Below, piece by piece: positions 1 through 15,097 of a stretch of 64,000 nucleotides of DNA. The stretch comes from Lama glama (Eukaryota), in contig CM052817.1 in the NCBI GenBank assembly GCA_028534125.1, positions 28,212,001 to 28,276,000 on the forward strand, given 5' to 3'. Each line of letters begins with the position of its first letter. The first letter of the stretch is position 1. A program made the position numbers and the translations under genes. The notes below the pieces were generated by a model. That model was not told the origin of the DNA, ran no database searches, and saw only the letters and a program-made list of their open reading frames with translations.

Positions 1-1876
1 CGCATTTCCATCAGGGCAATGAAGAGAGCGTCTAAGAGGGAGAAGGCACTCGAGATGCGCTTTGCAAAATGAGCAGGATTTCAATAAGAAGTGGTGGCAA
101 CGTGCCCCTAATTCCACACCACACATGTTCCTAGCTAGAAATCTAGAGAGAAAAACCTAGTGCTATGCCTAACTTGTGAACATCTTTGAGTCCTTCTAAT
201 GAGTTGTGATTCAGTTGAATTCTGGGGAAGATCTAGATGATGAAATGTAAGGCAAAAAAACACTAGGGACTCATGGGGTTTTCCTTGAAGAAATAACAGA
301 CCAATTATAAAATGTTAGTACTGAACGAAAACATTGTGAGCCTTCTCTGACATACAGCTTAGCTCCATACTGATTGCATCCGGTTTCCTTTTGATCTGAG
401 TGTCACTGAGGCTGCTAGATAGAAAAGCCCAAAGGCATTGGAGTCCACAGAGAGCAGGAGAGTTTCTCCTTGTTCTTCTCATTGGGGTCCTCAAATATCA
501 CATGTTTTTGGGGTGTGCTGTGCTCTGGAGCTTGAAATGACCTTCCTTTGAGCTTCAGTCTTTTAGTTTTCCCTTGAGTGAGTCAAGAGAGTTTAAACAT
601 GGAGTCAAGGGTATGAGAAGGTGGTTTGGAGGACATGAGTGTAGGAAGTGCCCTTTTGGCAGTGGGGATGCTTGCTAAGAATCCTGGCTCCACTCTGTCC
701 TTGGGAAAAAAGGGTAAGATCCACATCCTCAGATTTTTACAAGTCAAAATGAGAAATAAATCAATTCCATTCTGTCATTGACTGAGAGCACTGATGCAGA
801 ATGACACCAAAGCTCAGTCCTTTCTCAGACAAAGGACACAATATAAATAACTATGTTTTTTCTTGAAGACTGCTAAGTTCTGCCTATTCTTTCACTTTGG
901 GTAATGCAGAATTCAAGTTAATGGGAGATTATTCACCATAAATATTCTTTCAGCATCGCTTTTTTCCTACATTCAAAAACATATATTTCAAATGCATTTG
1001 TCATTCATAGTATAATAAATTCTCAGAATATTGGGATTGAAAATATAATGGAATGCTCCGTGATATTTTTATTCTGTAGAAAAAGACTTGATACATTTTC
1101 TTGAACTTATTCTCATTATTGACTAGTTTAATACTTTTGAAGTGATCGATTAATAAATGAGCGAGAACCTGTTTTGTGTCGTGCGGGGCCTTTTGGAGGA
1201 TTTTGTCACAATATAAGCTGTGATGTTTGCATGCCAGAAGCTTGCAGTGACAAGAGTATATATGGAAAATGCATAGTTTTTTTTTCCCTTTCAGATTATA
1301 AGTGCCAGAGGACATCAGAGGAGAAAAAGATCAATGAAAGATGGAGTTACTGAAAAGACTTCTTGAGCTCATAGAATTTTGTTCTTTCATAATCTATCTC
1401 TCTGTACATCTAACTCAACTTTCTGGTGGGGTGACCTTGAGCACATTAAATTTAACACTCTGTATGTCGGTTTTCACATGTATAAAAGAGGAGCAGTGGC
1501 ATCTGCTTCATAGGATTGCTTTTTAGGTATTGTTTTAAGCAATGGAAATATAAAAGTGATAACATCACAAACTCTGCCCACAAGAAACCCAGAGTCCGTG
1601 TGAAAGCAGACGCGGAAATGAGTGAGTGTTTCAGTAGAGCTCAGTAGAAGCAGTGTGTGCTGAGTCAGTGTATGATGACCTAAGAGGACTTCAAGAGTGG
1701 TTCTGCCTGGGATACTCAGGGAAGGCTTCACAGAAGAGGAAATGCTTAGTTGCATCTTACAAGTTGACCAGAAGTTTTATAAAATGGGCAAAGGCAGTAG
1801 CAGGGACAAAAAGTAGAAGGTGCAGACTTGCAGGGATCACCATCTCTGAGTCATTTAGTGTAACTAGAGTATAAAC

Positions 1877-2402
1877 TGTGTTTCAGTTACCAAATTCCTT
1901 GTAAGTCATCCTCATATTTACTGATTTAAAAGGACACTTTATTATTTCTCACAGTTTCATGGGTTGATGGCACTCAGCTGGGTTCCATGTGACATCGGCT
2001 GGGGCCACTCATTTAGCTGCATTGAAATGCCAGCTGGGCTGGGCTGGGCTGGGAAGTACAAGAACCCTTCACTTAAAAATCTGGCACCTTGGTGCTCCTC
2101 CATGTGGCCTCTCCAGGGAGCTATCTTGGGCTACTTCACAACATAATGATCTCAGGGTAGTCAGACTATTCCTATGGCATCTGTCTTCCAAGAGGGAAGA
2201 ATCAGAAGATGCTAGACTTAAGATCTAGGCTCAGAAGTTCCAGAATAGCCTTTCCCCCATTTCCTGTCTGTCAAAACAAGTCCCAAGGCAAGCCCAGATT
2301 CAGGATGAAGGGATAGCCTCCATCTCTTGATGGATGGAGTGACCTGTGTCTACAGGGAGAGAACGAAGCGATGATGGCCATCACTGGAGATGATTTATCA
2401 CA
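1877..2402 (-). mobile_element. Old MaLR (MLT1-type) solo LTR
   Basis: TG...CA ends. Contains typical MLT1 motifs (tttattatttctcacagtt, caaggcaagcccagattcagg). Confidence 0.65.
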
Positions 2403-3479
2403 ACTGTATATAGGGAGCTGTGGGGAATGAGATTGGAGAAGTTTCTGGAGCCAGTTCATGGAGAAATTCATGGATTGTGCTCTGTTACGTGAAGCTGTTT
2501 GCCTTTGCTTATGGGCTTCCTGAGCCAGACTATGGTGGTAAAAGATACTAGGAAACATGCCAGTATTTCCCACGTATATTGTGAATTGCCCAAACAGGAT
2601 ATTAGAGTCTCACAGTAATATATTTTAGTGTTTTTTAAATGGGTTTTATAATTTCTTTTGAAATGTGCCACATTTTTTCCCCGTTTTTCCCCTACTGTTA
2701 TGAATTTAGACTCACTGATGTAGAAAATGCTGAGATAAATATCTTTGTGAATGTAATTTTTATATTGTTAGACTATTTGTTTAGACAAGTTTCCAAAAAT
2801 GAGATAATTAAGGCCAAGGACATAACCATTTTAATAAAATTCAGATTTAGAGCAGAGAGGATGGACATTTTAGTATAATCAGGACTTGAGCTCTTGCTAC
2901 CATCTTGGCTATCTGGTTAAACTTGATTCTAAATGTACAACTTTTATGTCTTGTAACAATGCAAGTTCCTCCATAGTATTTTCACGAGTTTACTCCTGCC
3001 CTTGTGCTGTTAGGCTCATGTGGGCTATTTCTGTTTCCTCTTGTAGTATCCTAGATCTAGAACTACCTTGCCTTTCACTATAAATCCCTTGTATCTAGCC
3101 ATGTCAGGATTTTATTAAACACAGAAGGGTCACTGTGCAACATAGCTTTATTTCTAAATGAAGATATAATTCTTCTTCCTTTCTTAACTTCCCACCATTT
3201 CTAGCACAATAAACAAGCTTTTCCTCTTGGGTCTTAGAAGAGTTCCTCATATAATGGCTCTGTTAGGGTATTACCTTCTCTCTACAGCATTTATCTACTT
3301 TTTTCCTACTAAATATAATTTATTTCCTAGAAGAAACTCCAGTGCCAGATTTGCCATCTTTTTTATGTATGTTCTAAATGTTTTCAAGATGATGCAGAGT
3401 TTTTATTTAATAAATGGAGGAAATGTTGCTCGAAAAACTTCATTGACTTCAAGTTAAGCATAGCGTATTACCGGTTCTA

Positions 3480-3852
3480 AATGCTTCTGCCTTTTAATTA
3501 ATCTATTTCTGTTTCAATCTCTATTATTTTCTTCCTTTGCTTTGATAGAATACTTTTGATGTTCACTGTGCAATTTCTTGAATTGAATTATGAGTACATT
3601 TATTTTTATTTTTCTTTAAGGAATATAACTCATGGATATGAATTTACCTCTTAAAACTATGTTTATTTTATATATACTTTTGATTTGTAACATTTTGATT
3701 TTTATTATGGTTAAAGTAGTTAATTTCAGGATTTTTCTCTTTGACCTAATTGTTTTTTGGAGAATTTATTCACTTCCAAGAAATTGTTTTTTCTGTTTGG
3801 CTTTACATATAACTATACATTTCTAATTTTATTGCATTGTTGTCAGATGATG
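3480..3852 (-). mobile_element. Degraded old L1 (ORF2 5' region) fragment running into a gap
   Basis: T-rich + strand with L1-antisense-like motifs (ttctaattttattgcattgttgtcaga). Confidence 0.45.
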
Positions 3853-4352
3853 NNNNNNNNNNNNNNNNNNNNNNNNNNNNNNNNNNNNNNNNNNNNNNNN
3901 NNNNNNNNNNNNNNNNNNNNNNNNNNNNNNNNNNNNNNNNNNNNNNNNNNNNNNNNNNNNNNNNNNNNNNNNNNNNNNNNNNNNNNNNNNNNNNNNNNNN
4001 NNNNNNNNNNNNNNNNNNNNNNNNNNNNNNNNNNNNNNNNNNNNNNNNNNNNNNNNNNNNNNNNNNNNNNNNNNNNNNNNNNNNNNNNNNNNNNNNNNNN
4101 NNNNNNNNNNNNNNNNNNNNNNNNNNNNNNNNNNNNNNNNNNNNNNNNNNNNNNNNNNNNNNNNNNNNNNNNNNNNNNNNNNNNNNNNNNNNNNNNNNNN
4201 NNNNNNNNNNNNNNNNNNNNNNNNNNNNNNNNNNNNNNNNNNNNNNNNNNNNNNNNNNNNNNNNNNNNNNNNNNNNNNNNNNNNNNNNNNNNNNNNNNNN
4301 NNNNNNNNNNNNNNNNNNNNNNNNNNNNNNNNNNNNNNNNNNNNNNNNNNNN
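3853..4352. other. Assembly gap (500 N)
   Basis: Exactly 500 N. All four gaps have the same length, so it is a placeholder size. Confidence 1.
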
Positions 4353-4640
4353 AGAATACAAATTTGTGGTTGCCAAGGGGGCGGGGGGTGGGAAGGGACA
4401 GACTGGGATTTTGAAATGCAGAATAGATAAACAAGATTATACTGTACAGCACAGGGAAATATAAACAAGATCTTGTGGTAGCTCATTGCAAAAAAAAAGT
4501 GACAATGAATATATACATGTTCGTATATGACTGAAAAATTGTGCTCTACACTTTCTAGTGTTGACACAACATTGTAAAATAACTATAATTCAATGAAAAA
4601 TGTAAAAAAAATTAAAAAATTTTTAAAAAAGAAACTAAAT
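4353..4640 (+). mobile_element. Young lineage-specific L1 3' end with A-rich tail
   Basis: G-rich tract (ggggcggggggtgggaaggga), gacacaacattgtaa motif and A-rich tail. The 5' part runs into the gap. Confidence 0.85.
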
Positions 4641-7600
4641 TTGAAGAGGATAAAGAACGTGTCCCAGGCCTTTCAGTTAATCACTACAAGGCCTGGAGAG
4701 ATGTTGAGCTCAGGTCACGCTACCTCAAAAATCTGCACCCTTTCCACTGGGCCAGCATGCTGCCTGCTCACTGATGTAACACCACCATATTAGTGGGAGA
4801 TGGTACAGATGACACCTAGTCAGGGAAACAGGACAGCCTGTGGGTAGGGCTCTCTGTTGACCAGGTGTCCAAGAAGGTCAAGTGAATGAGCATTTTCACT
4901 GCAATGACTCCAAACAGAAAGAATGTGCCTGGGAAGCCACGGCACATCCCAGGTCTTTTTTCATCTCAGCACCATGCTTTATTCAGTTATTTCCACATGC
5001 CAAGAAAGGACCTAGTTCATTAACCCTCAACATATGAAACTAGCTCTAGTCTCAGTCGATACTTCCCACCTTAAAATTCTCAGCAGTGACCTGTGACGTG
5101 TAAACAAGCCACTTTATTTTACATGTAACAAGCTGCTCAAAGATAAGGCAGCCTACATTATCTTTCCTCGTGTATGTACCACCAATGAGTAGACTCACAC
5201 CTTTGGAGGAGGTCAGTCTTAAGCAAAAGATCACTCACATAAATGTAAACTTACTGGTCATAAATTCTACAAAAGAGACATTGGTACAAGACGCTGTGGA
5301 GGCATACACTAAGGTGAATTTAACCTATTCAAGATTATGGAAAATTCTCTCCATAAAGTAGTGACTAAGTTGTTGTCTTTAGGAAGAATGGCAGTTAACT
5401 GAGCTCAGAGATAGGATGGGGGAAGGATATTAATTAAGACAACAAGGTTACCAAATAGTATATGTGCATGTCCCTTCAGGGGTATCCATTTTCCTTCATT
5501 CAAGATAAGAAAAGCTAAGTTCAGTGAAGCTCTCTATGAGATTCTGCATCGTACTGTGACTTGGTACCCTGGGGGAAATACAAGTAAGATTCCAGGCCAG
5601 AGCATAAAGCGTTCTATTCTAACAACAAGCTGAAGAAAACAATAGATTAGTATAAGCCAGCTCGGACTTTGTACACTCTCTTAGATCTCTGGAAAGAGTT
5701 GCTAGGTCAAGAGTTTCCAAGCACCATTATCAAGTAAATAAATAAATGAATAAATAAAACACAAGTATTTTCTCTCAAAAATTATTTAATACTTGCACAT
5801 ACAGATATTAGCTATCGACATGCTGATATCCAGGCTCTGGAATTTTTCAGGGAAACCAGTGTTTAAAAACAGAGGCCCATCTCTGAAGGGCCCAGAGGAA
5901 CTAAAAAAAATGCCCTCATTAACCAAAATCAAACACAAAAGTATATATGCATTTTGTATATGATGTGTGTACGTACATATATAGTATCTATAGTATTGTA
6001 TTTTACTTTTATTTACACCTAATCACACACAACTTCATCTTACTAGGAAATAAACTTGCAATAAAAGATCTGTACTATGATATAATATAATAAAAAATGA
6101 ATAGGAATTCACGACACAGGCAATGTCCTAAGTAAATCTCCAAATGATAGCTCTGCTTGAGCCTTGTCTGATTCTGAGCCAGCTCCTCCATTGAGACAAA
6201 GTTTTTCTTAGCACAGTAGTTTAAATAGTGCAATGCCTTACATAAGATTTTAGATGAACTGGCTGATATAATAAATAATCCTTGCTTTTTCGTTAACTAT
6301 AAAAATACAGTCCCTAGGTAAATGCCATCACGGAAATGGCTCTTGAACCAAGTGTAAGTTTTCATCTCTCCTGCTGGCTCCAACCTGGCTTCCTTTCCTC
6401 TCACTTAATTGCCTTCCTGCATTTATTTCTCTATATATATTTTTGTTATATCTTTGAGTGACTGGGATGAAATCTTTAAACTCTAGCAGGTCTACAAAGG
6501 TCTTCACTATCTTTTTGTACCAAACTTTCCAGGCCCCCCTGTAACACCATATGCTCCTGGTACTCTGAATTTCTTCCCTTCTCCTGGCCATGCCAGGTCC
6601 TTGAGATAATATGCCTTTACACGTGCTCCATCCTTTGCCCAAAGTTTCTTCTATCCTCCCAACACTCTCCTGGAAAACTCCTACACATCCTTCCAAATCC
6701 AACTGAAATGTTACCTTCTCAATGAATTTCTTTGACTTTCCAAGGCAAAAAATCAGTCCTTCCCTCCTCGGTGCTTTCAGACCACACGTGCCCCACTGCA
6801 CAGCCAGCGCAGTGATGACCGCAGGGGCCACAGCTTCTTCAGGGACCCAGCACTCTGGGTGGTGCACTATATACCCTCAACAGGTATTTGCTGTATGTAT
6901 GTCTTCAACTGTTTTGTAGTAAATGCAGTATTAAACTCCAAAGGGCTGTTTCTTATCATGACTGCTAATTTAAAAGGAAAATAAGGAAGGCGAAGAATCA
7001 AAATGCACCTTGGTGGATGGAGGTATAAACCTGCAAGGGACCAGGCTGCCGTGACTGGATGACAGAATGCCAGACCCCTGGAGGAGTGAGAGGGATGAAG
7101 GCTGTGCCGACGACTTCCTCTCACCGTCGCTCCTCTCAGCTGGGCCCTTGGTAGGAGGTGAAGAACTAACCACTGGAGGGTGAACTCTGAGGAAGACCAG
7201 GAGGCTAGGATTGTCCAGTGCTGGCTGCTAAAGGACCCGTCTGCCATGTAATCAGGAGAGCAGATGGCAGAGCTGGCATTTAGGGAGCCCAACCAGCACC
7301 TGGCAGGATGCCTGCCAAAGGATGTGCTCGATCAGTGCGTGTTGCTGTGGCTGCAGTGTCCCCCAGAAGGGAAGGGTGCCTCAGCCCTGGAGATGGGCCA
7401 CCTGAGCCCCGCTGACAAAGTCAGGACTGCCTTCGGGAGTCAGCTCTGGCCCTTCTCCAGCGCGTGAACAAATTCCACTGAGGCCCCGGAATTCTACACC
7501 AAACACTTAGGCCTGGAAAATGTTCAAAGCAGCTGTAGCAATATCCCACCAGTGTCTCAAGAAACACAGTCAAGTCTCCCGTGGATAATCTCATTCTACA

Positions 7601-8095
7601 GAGCACAGTCTTCCTGTGTCCCTGGCAGGAAGAATTAAATACAAAATAACTAACCTATTTGACTTGCTTTGTGCAATTACAGAATATAGACTCTTGGTGT
7701 TAGAAAATGCCTGCCCAAGACAGTGCTTTTAGTTTTATGTAATTGGTTTTTTCAGTGTAGTTACAAAGAACAACTTCCCATGGAGGCCAATCTTGAATTT
7801 TTTTTTAAATAATAAAGCCACATAATCAAAATAGATGATCATGGGACTATATATATGTTACTGTCTTCTCTGTGGCAGAAGGCCATCTCTCCTGTTCCTT
7901 TAAAATTAATATCAAATCATATAAAAGTGATATCAAGTCACCAGGTTAAAAAAAAAACAATAGTATTGAGGGTTGAGCCAGAATAAGCCAGAAGACTGTG
8001 TTATTTAATAGATTTAGGATTATTGTCTACTGTGTCACAACATTTTCTTTGCATAAATTGAATATTAGAATGCAATGGTTAAGCTCACCAAAGAG

Positions 8096-8532
8096 TTTTT
8101 TTTAATAAAAATATAATTGACATATAACACTTTACTAGTTTCAGGTGTACAACATTATGATTTGACATTTGTATATATTGTGAACTGACCAGCATAGTAT
8201 TTCTAGTTAGCATCCATCACTTCACGTAGTTACAATTTTTTTCTTGTGATGAGAACTTTTAAGATCTATTCTCTTAGCTGCTTTCAAATATGCAGTACAG
8301 CACTATCAACTATACTCACCATGCCGTACATTATATACTGTGACCCACTTATTTTATAACTGGAAATTTATACCATTTGACCCCTTTCACCCATTTTGCT
8401 CCCCGCACCCCACCTCTGGCAATCATCAATCTGTTCTCTGTATCTTTGAGTTTGGGGGTGTGGTTCTTTTAGTTTCATTTTGTGGAGCTTCTTTTTAGAT
8501 TACACATAAAAGTGAGATCATACTGTATTTGA
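8096..8532 (-). mobile_element. L1 3' end (L1MA9-like)
   Basis: poly-T, then tttcaggtgtacaacat...gatgagaacttttaagatct...ctctggcaatcatcaatctgttctctgtatct...gtgagatcatactgtatttg. Confidence 0.8.
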
Positions 8533-8574
8533 CCGGAAGGAAATCACATGGGTAACAAGATATGTTGGGAAGGC

Positions 8575-8800
8575 TGTAACATTGGGGTTAAAATTCTGGG
8601 ATCAGCCACACATTAAATCCTGTCTCTGATACTTATTTGGTGTGTGAACTTGGGCAGTTAACCCCCCAAAACCTCAGCTTTCTCAGCTATAAAATGAAAA
8701 GGAAGATATGTCTATCATGTAGGGTTGTAAGAAATAAATGAGATAATGCCTGTTACATGTTTAGCATTGTGCCAGGCTCACACAGAGCCCTGGAAACAAG
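8575..8800 (+). mobile_element. MIR SINE
   Basis: MIR core: gtgtgaacttgggcag...cctcagctttctcagctataaaatg...aaatgagataatg...tttagcattgtgcc. Confidence 0.75.
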
Positions 8801-11269
8801 AATATTTGTTTATTCTTGTTGTTTTTCAGCAGATTAGTGTAAGTAATAGATTTTCCATTTAGCTTAATTCCAAAGACCTGTTGGAAAGATTCATTGTCAA
8901 TTGCTTTCTTTTTTTAAATCAGCTGCAGTGACCTTTTCTTGGTGGGACTATCCTCCTTCTACTAATAGTGTGGCGAGAATACTGATGACCTCTGCTCCGC
9001 CGTCACTATCTGTGCTCCATTCTCATTAGTTAGAAAATCCTCTGAGATTTCTTTGGGCAGAGCACACAGTGAAAGCCTGTTTTGCTCAGCCTCTGTGTGC
9101 TTAGATGTAGCCACGTGACACAGTCCTTGCCAGGGAGACGTGGGCAGAAGTAATGCGTCCAGGTTCCAAGCCACACTCTTAAAAGCAGGCAGATTGTCCT
9201 ATTCTCACTCTTTTTACCTTTCAATAAGCCAGAAAAAAATGTGATGGAGTTTAGCTTTTTTCAACCTTGACGTTAGGACTCAGCCTGAAGGGAGGTGCAA
9301 TACATTAGAAGAATCACTCATGGAGAAGAGACAATCTGTGCTCCTGCACCACCACCAACTCAGACTTATCTGAGAGACAGATACCCACCTTGTTTGAACC
9401 AATAACCTATGCATGACTCATATAGATGATAAATACCTAGATCCATAGACTGATACAGATGTATAGATACTATGTATAGATAGATATATGTATGTATAGA
9501 CGTGTAAGTGCACACATATCTATATAGAGAGAGAGGTTCATGTAGAGATGAGATAGAGACGGACAGGGAGAGGGCTAGGAGGAGGATGACATTAGAGAGA
9601 GGGAGTTGAAGGTCAGCACAAACCCTTGGGTACTGCCAAAATTTCAGGTTTTGGGGTTTTTTTGTTTTTTTAAGCTACAAGATTTAGGAAAAGTAAAACA
9701 GGGTGCAACAGCCTGGTCCAGAGAGATTTCTTTAGATTGGTAGATTCTGTTCCTCCATCTCTCCAGGGACTCTCCTTGCCAGAACTATCTCTTAGTTGGA
9801 AAAGTAAATCAAGGAAGCAACTGAGGACGCAGGTTCAGGAAGGATGAATAGACTCAGATCTCCAAATGTGGACTGAGATCAAGGCTTGGTATTCCTTTAC
9901 CATCTCCTTTGGTCCTGGCCTCTGCGGCCTCCAAAGAAAGCGAGCCTGGGATTTTCTCAAAGTACACAGCTTCCACAATTCCTCTCTTGAGGAATTTGGC
10001 TGTTTCAGTGGGCAAGACAACGCCAGGAGGACAGCTCTTAAGGGGTGCGGGAGGGAGGAGTTTGAGCAATGACACAGTAGCAGACCCAAGCAGAAGACCG
10101 TGTGCTCCACAAGCCTCGCTCATTTAATCTTCACTGTCTCCATGTAAGTTGTCTTTTAAGAAATAGGAAAACTGAGACTCAAATAAATCATAAAAGCAAG
10201 TGTGCTTGCTCAGGATCATCACACAGCTGACTACTGGCAAGGTCAAGATTCCAGTGTAGTTCTACCTGTCTCCAAAGTCTATGCATTTCTTCTTTGAACT
10301 TCACGTTTTTTTTTTTCATTTATAAATAAATGTGTGCACACATATATAGATGTGTTTTCAAAATACTATCTACCTTTAAGGGATACTGTAAGAATAAAGC
10401 ATGATATAAACACACGTTGAGCCACAGTTTAATATAGAACATAGTAAGCATTTAATAATAATCTCTGTTACTACTATTACTTTTATTATTATACTAAAAC
10501 AACATGATAGTAATATATTATGAATGTCTGATGCTAAGTGATGGTAGACAATAAAAAACCAAGATTTTTGACCTGTTGTTTCCTATGCCTCATAGTCAGC
10601 GGTTCATTTATGCCGTCAGTGTAGGTGAACTTATGCTGCAAAGTTCTGAGCTGTGTATCTCTATTCTCCTTCCTGTGAAGCACAGAAGCAAATAGATGGA
10701 AATAAAGGTCCTTTGTTAAAGGACACAGGCAGGTCTGTTTCAGGACCTCCAGAGAGTAAATATATGGTCCCCTTATTTAAAGGATGGGCTACTCCATGAA
10801 ATAACCATCTACCTTCCAACCTTTTAATAAGGCATAGCACAGTCACAGGTAAAAGGTAATATACTAAATACTAGAAAGATGTAATAAACTAAGAGAAATA
10901 AAAGCATACCCAATGCAGAAAAAAAGGTAAAATGTAAAAGTAGATTCTGAAATAAAAAGAAGTTTAATATAATCAGTGAAAACTAAATAAAACTAAGCAA
11001 AATAAAAACTAGGGAAAAATACTAGTGAAATAAAATATTATAGCCAAAGCCACAGCAGACTAAGAAAATGAAGATAAAGAGAGCTCCAGAAACATTTTAG
11101 AAATAAAACCAAAAATATTTGAAAATATAAAATTAACCAGTTAAAACATTATGAGGTATGAAAATAAAAGCCAAGGAATTTTATTATAATGTATAAATGA
11201 GATTGCCTCTAAGACCCAAAGCATAAACCCTCATATGGAAACTATCCAGGCTTTTCAAGCCAAAGTACT

Positions 11270-12140
11270 TATTACTAAACTATAAATGACACCACCAAGT
11301 CGCCAGTTACTCAGATCAACATTTTAGTTGTTGAACTTGACTCCTCACTGTGCATCACCCCACATCCAATCAATCAGTAAGTCCTGTTGATTCACTGGCA
11401 ATATTTATTTTGAATCCATCCACTTCGATTACTAGCATCCTGCTCCAAGGGTCCACTATTTCCCTGGTTTTATTCTTGTTCATTGCCAGTCTCTACTCTA
11501 TGCAGAGACCAGAATCATCTTTTACAAAGTCAAAATGGTCACCTTGTTTGCCATTCCCCTGATGAAAAACATTGACCACTTTTACTTTCCATTTATGCCA
11601 GATGCCAGACCTCTTCCCACGCCTACAGGATCCTGAGCATCTATAGGATCTATGGCTGCATCTAACTCTCTAACCTACTTCACAGCCTCACTTCTGTCTC
11701 AAGCTCATGAACTTCCCATTGGGCTTTCTTTCCATTTTCTTTTAGCTCCTCAAATATGCCAGCTCTTTCCTGCCTTAGAGCATCAGCACATGCTTGAATG
11801 TACAAAGTCTCCCAAATCAGAATGCACAACTCCTAGGGTCTTTTTACTGTGGCCTCCCTGTGATGTTCCAAGTCTTAGCATCAAGTTTCAGATCCTTAAA
11901 CAGATCTCTGATCACCCAGATTAATTAACCTCTTTTCCTACTCTCAATCTCAGATCCTCTTAACTTCACAGCAATTTTCAGTCTGTAATACAGTACATAT
12001 TTACTTACCTGTTCATCTCCCCTGGGGGAATGGAAGCCCCATGACAGCAGGGACCACAGCTCTTTAATCCAACACTGTGTATAATTGGTACCTAGCATGG
12101 AGCCAGGATCATCAGTTTCTCATAAATATTTTTTGAATGA
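11270..12140 (+). mobile_element. L2 LINE 3' fragment
   Basis: Pyrimidine-rich L2-like body ending ...gtacctagcatggagcc...taaatattttttgaatgaa. Confidence 0.6.
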
Positions 12141-15097
12141 AAGACCAGGCTATAGGCTTCCTTTTCAAAGATTTGGCCTCCCTAAAGGACAAAATCCCTC
12201 AAGATCAGAACCAAGGAACAGAAATCAAGATGACTGGTCCTCACATCCTTCACCCATGTCTGGCATCTCACCCCTCTGTGTACTGCCTCCCTTAGATATG
12301 AGTGTTAGGATAACTCAGTACAGCAAGAGGAAATTCTGTGGCCTGGCTCCTTGATGCCTATAATTTGCAATCGGGCCACAGTCTCTCTTCCCACAGCAGC
12401 TCTTTGTTCTTGAATGACATAAGGTTAAACATTCGGCATTGCCAGCAGTGCCACTTACTATGGTTCAGCATAATAAATAACACATCGGTCCACAAAAAAA
12501 AAGGAGCAAAGAATTAAAGCTAAAGAATGTGCTACAAATAATAAAATGCACCTGACCATTCTCTCAAAGTGTACTGCAACAAACAGGTATGTATTTTAAA
12601 GATTTTAATGAAATTGAGGTTAAATTTTAAAATGTAGGTGAATTAAAGACAACACTTCAGAAACTAAACTCTCATTTAACGCAGGTCTTGTTTATATCAG
12701 ACTGTAAGTATCAGTACCTCCTTTTTCTGTGAGACCAAACTAAACTATCAGCTCTTTGCTCCTGGTATCTGCAAGAAGGATAAAAGAGAAAGAGAAGCAG
12801 CAAAAAGCATAGCATTGGTTCCTGTAGCCCAGCATTCAGGGGCTCAAAACCAGCTCAAATAAAAGAAGGATGTCCAGTGCAAACAATTACAAGCAAGCCA
12901 TTTGGAAGCTTTCAGTGAGGTACACGAACTGCCAAGAACCTACATTTAGAAAAGCACAAATAAATAGGTTTCTCCTGCAGAAAGACTCCACGTCAATCCG
13001 GACACCTTTCCTCACTGTGCAGAATAAATAAGTGTCCCTGATTCCTGACTTCAGGGTTTTGAATTGGGTATTTTCCAGTGGTCTAGAACTCAATTAAAAG
13101 AGCAAGCTGGACCCTTTGCGAAGTCTAGCATCAAGCCCCATGCCAAACTATCGTCCACTGAGTCGTGATGGGCTTAGCCCTTGCTCAAGGTAAATTCAAA
13201 AACTAAATACATAAACAAGACAGCTGAATTTGGGACAAGCAAAAGAAACAAAGTGAAGAGTCACTGAAAACATAGTTAACTGATGACCAAGGAAGGAAAA
13301 TTTGATGGTACTACAAAGGCACCCAATAATCTCTGAGAAAGATGCAAGTGTTGAATTGAAGAAGAAAGAAATGCCTACAGCTATACACACTGGCCTTAGT
13401 ATATGGCTAAAAAAATTATAATTGGTAATATAATCCTTGCCACTTCCCCCAATACATTTTGGTAATAACACAATCAGCACAGGTGTATATGTCACAACAG
13501 GTAACAAAAGGCACAGCAAGCAGAAGTTAAACTCCAGCGACCATCTGATAGCAAATCATTTTAGAAACTTAGCGGGCTTCTTGTTTACTAACTGGTGCCT
13601 ACAAACTCTTAAGCCAACCGTACACTTTGGACTGGTTTAATAGTTTGTCTACTTCTTAGGAATTGTTAGTGAATTAAAGCTGTTTGTTTAATTCAGTGTA
13701 TGATGAATTTTATACCAGTTTTTCAAAAATGTCTGATAGTTGCTCTAAGTTAAGATACCTTTTAAAGGTTAAAGCTGTTTGGGGGAAAAGTCCTGACTTG
13801 GGGGTATCTTGAGGGAAAAGGTGGTCCTGAGGATGGGAGAGGGGCAGAAGTTCAGAGGGAGCAAAGGAGAATGGCCTCACTGCTCTGAAGCAAACAAGGA
13901 CTGTTTTTGCTTTCAGAGAAAGGGGAGGGGACAGAGAGACAGCGGGCAGAGGAGAAGGTGTGCAGTGATAAGTCAGGGCGATCTAAGGTCATGTGCTGAA
14001 GAAACCTGAAGGGGTCATGCAGCCAAAAGAACTTAGAAGAAATTCCTGCTTAATTGGAAGCTGCTTGGTTAAAGCAAGGTTGTTCAGTATAAAGCAGGTT
14101 CCTCCTCTCTGCTCACCCACTTCTCTGAGTACATTTTACTCCCCCTGTGCTTTGTAGGTCTCACTTATAGAGAAACTAGAAAAGGCCTGAATTTCACACC
14201 AAGGCTGACTGGTGCAGGAAAGAAACCGCATAAAGAAGTACATATGAGGCCAAAGTGATCATAAGGATGCAAGCTTCTCCACCCCCATCCCCTATTCCCC
14301 CTCAAGCTTTCACGAAAATCTTGGTGAGGATTTTGCACATGCACCAAAAATGCAGTCTTCTGGCTCGGTTTTATGTTGTCCATATCCTATGTGGTTAGGG
14401 GCCCCAGGTGTCCTTTAAGACTGTGCTTCTGTTAACCCTTACATTTGTTGTTCCTAAGTTGTCTGTTGATTTTTAAATACTCTTGACATCCCAGAAAGAC
14501 CTAACATAGGTACCAGATAATGAAGTCAAAAACACATGTTATATTTCATTGCTGGGAAAGCCAAATCTACTAATTTGCTAATCGTTTTTTAAGCCAATTC
14601 TCAAAATGTATTTGTGACATACAAAATTGAACCAATGACTATAGTCAAGAATGATTTTTAAAAAAAGGTGAAAGAGATTTCTTCCGTTTAAATTTACATT
14701 TTCAGAGGTGATTGTTCTTTGAAACAAGACCCTCTGCTTTATGTAAAAAATCAAGATGCACACGTAATGTTTAGAAAAAATGACTCCCTGTTGGGAAATG
14801 ACATAAACATGGGGTTCAAGTTTGCCTGTCCTAATGCAGACCCTGCTGTGTTTCTTTATTTCTTTTTAAGAGTATGAACAGATTCTTTTTTCCTTATAAA
14901 GCTTGACTACTTTGATGACTTTTTATTTAGTCATATACATTTTTATGATTTGTCATTAACTTGTAGTTCTGTGGTATTGTCTTCAGAACTTGTAATTTTC
15001 ATGCTTTCCATTTTTGTGATGTGCTGAAGTTGCCTTTGTGCTCTACTTAGATACATGTACATGGAGCATATTGATTATATAAAGAAAAACATGAAGA

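Noticed and set aside
6328..6867. 179-aa minus-strand ORF
   Set aside because: It overlaps L2-like sequence, starts at a non-ATG codon and has no recognisable domain.
13775..14490. Possible ancient LTR (TG...CA, purine-rich)
   Set aside because: I could not assign a family or TSD by eye, and it needs RepeatMasker.
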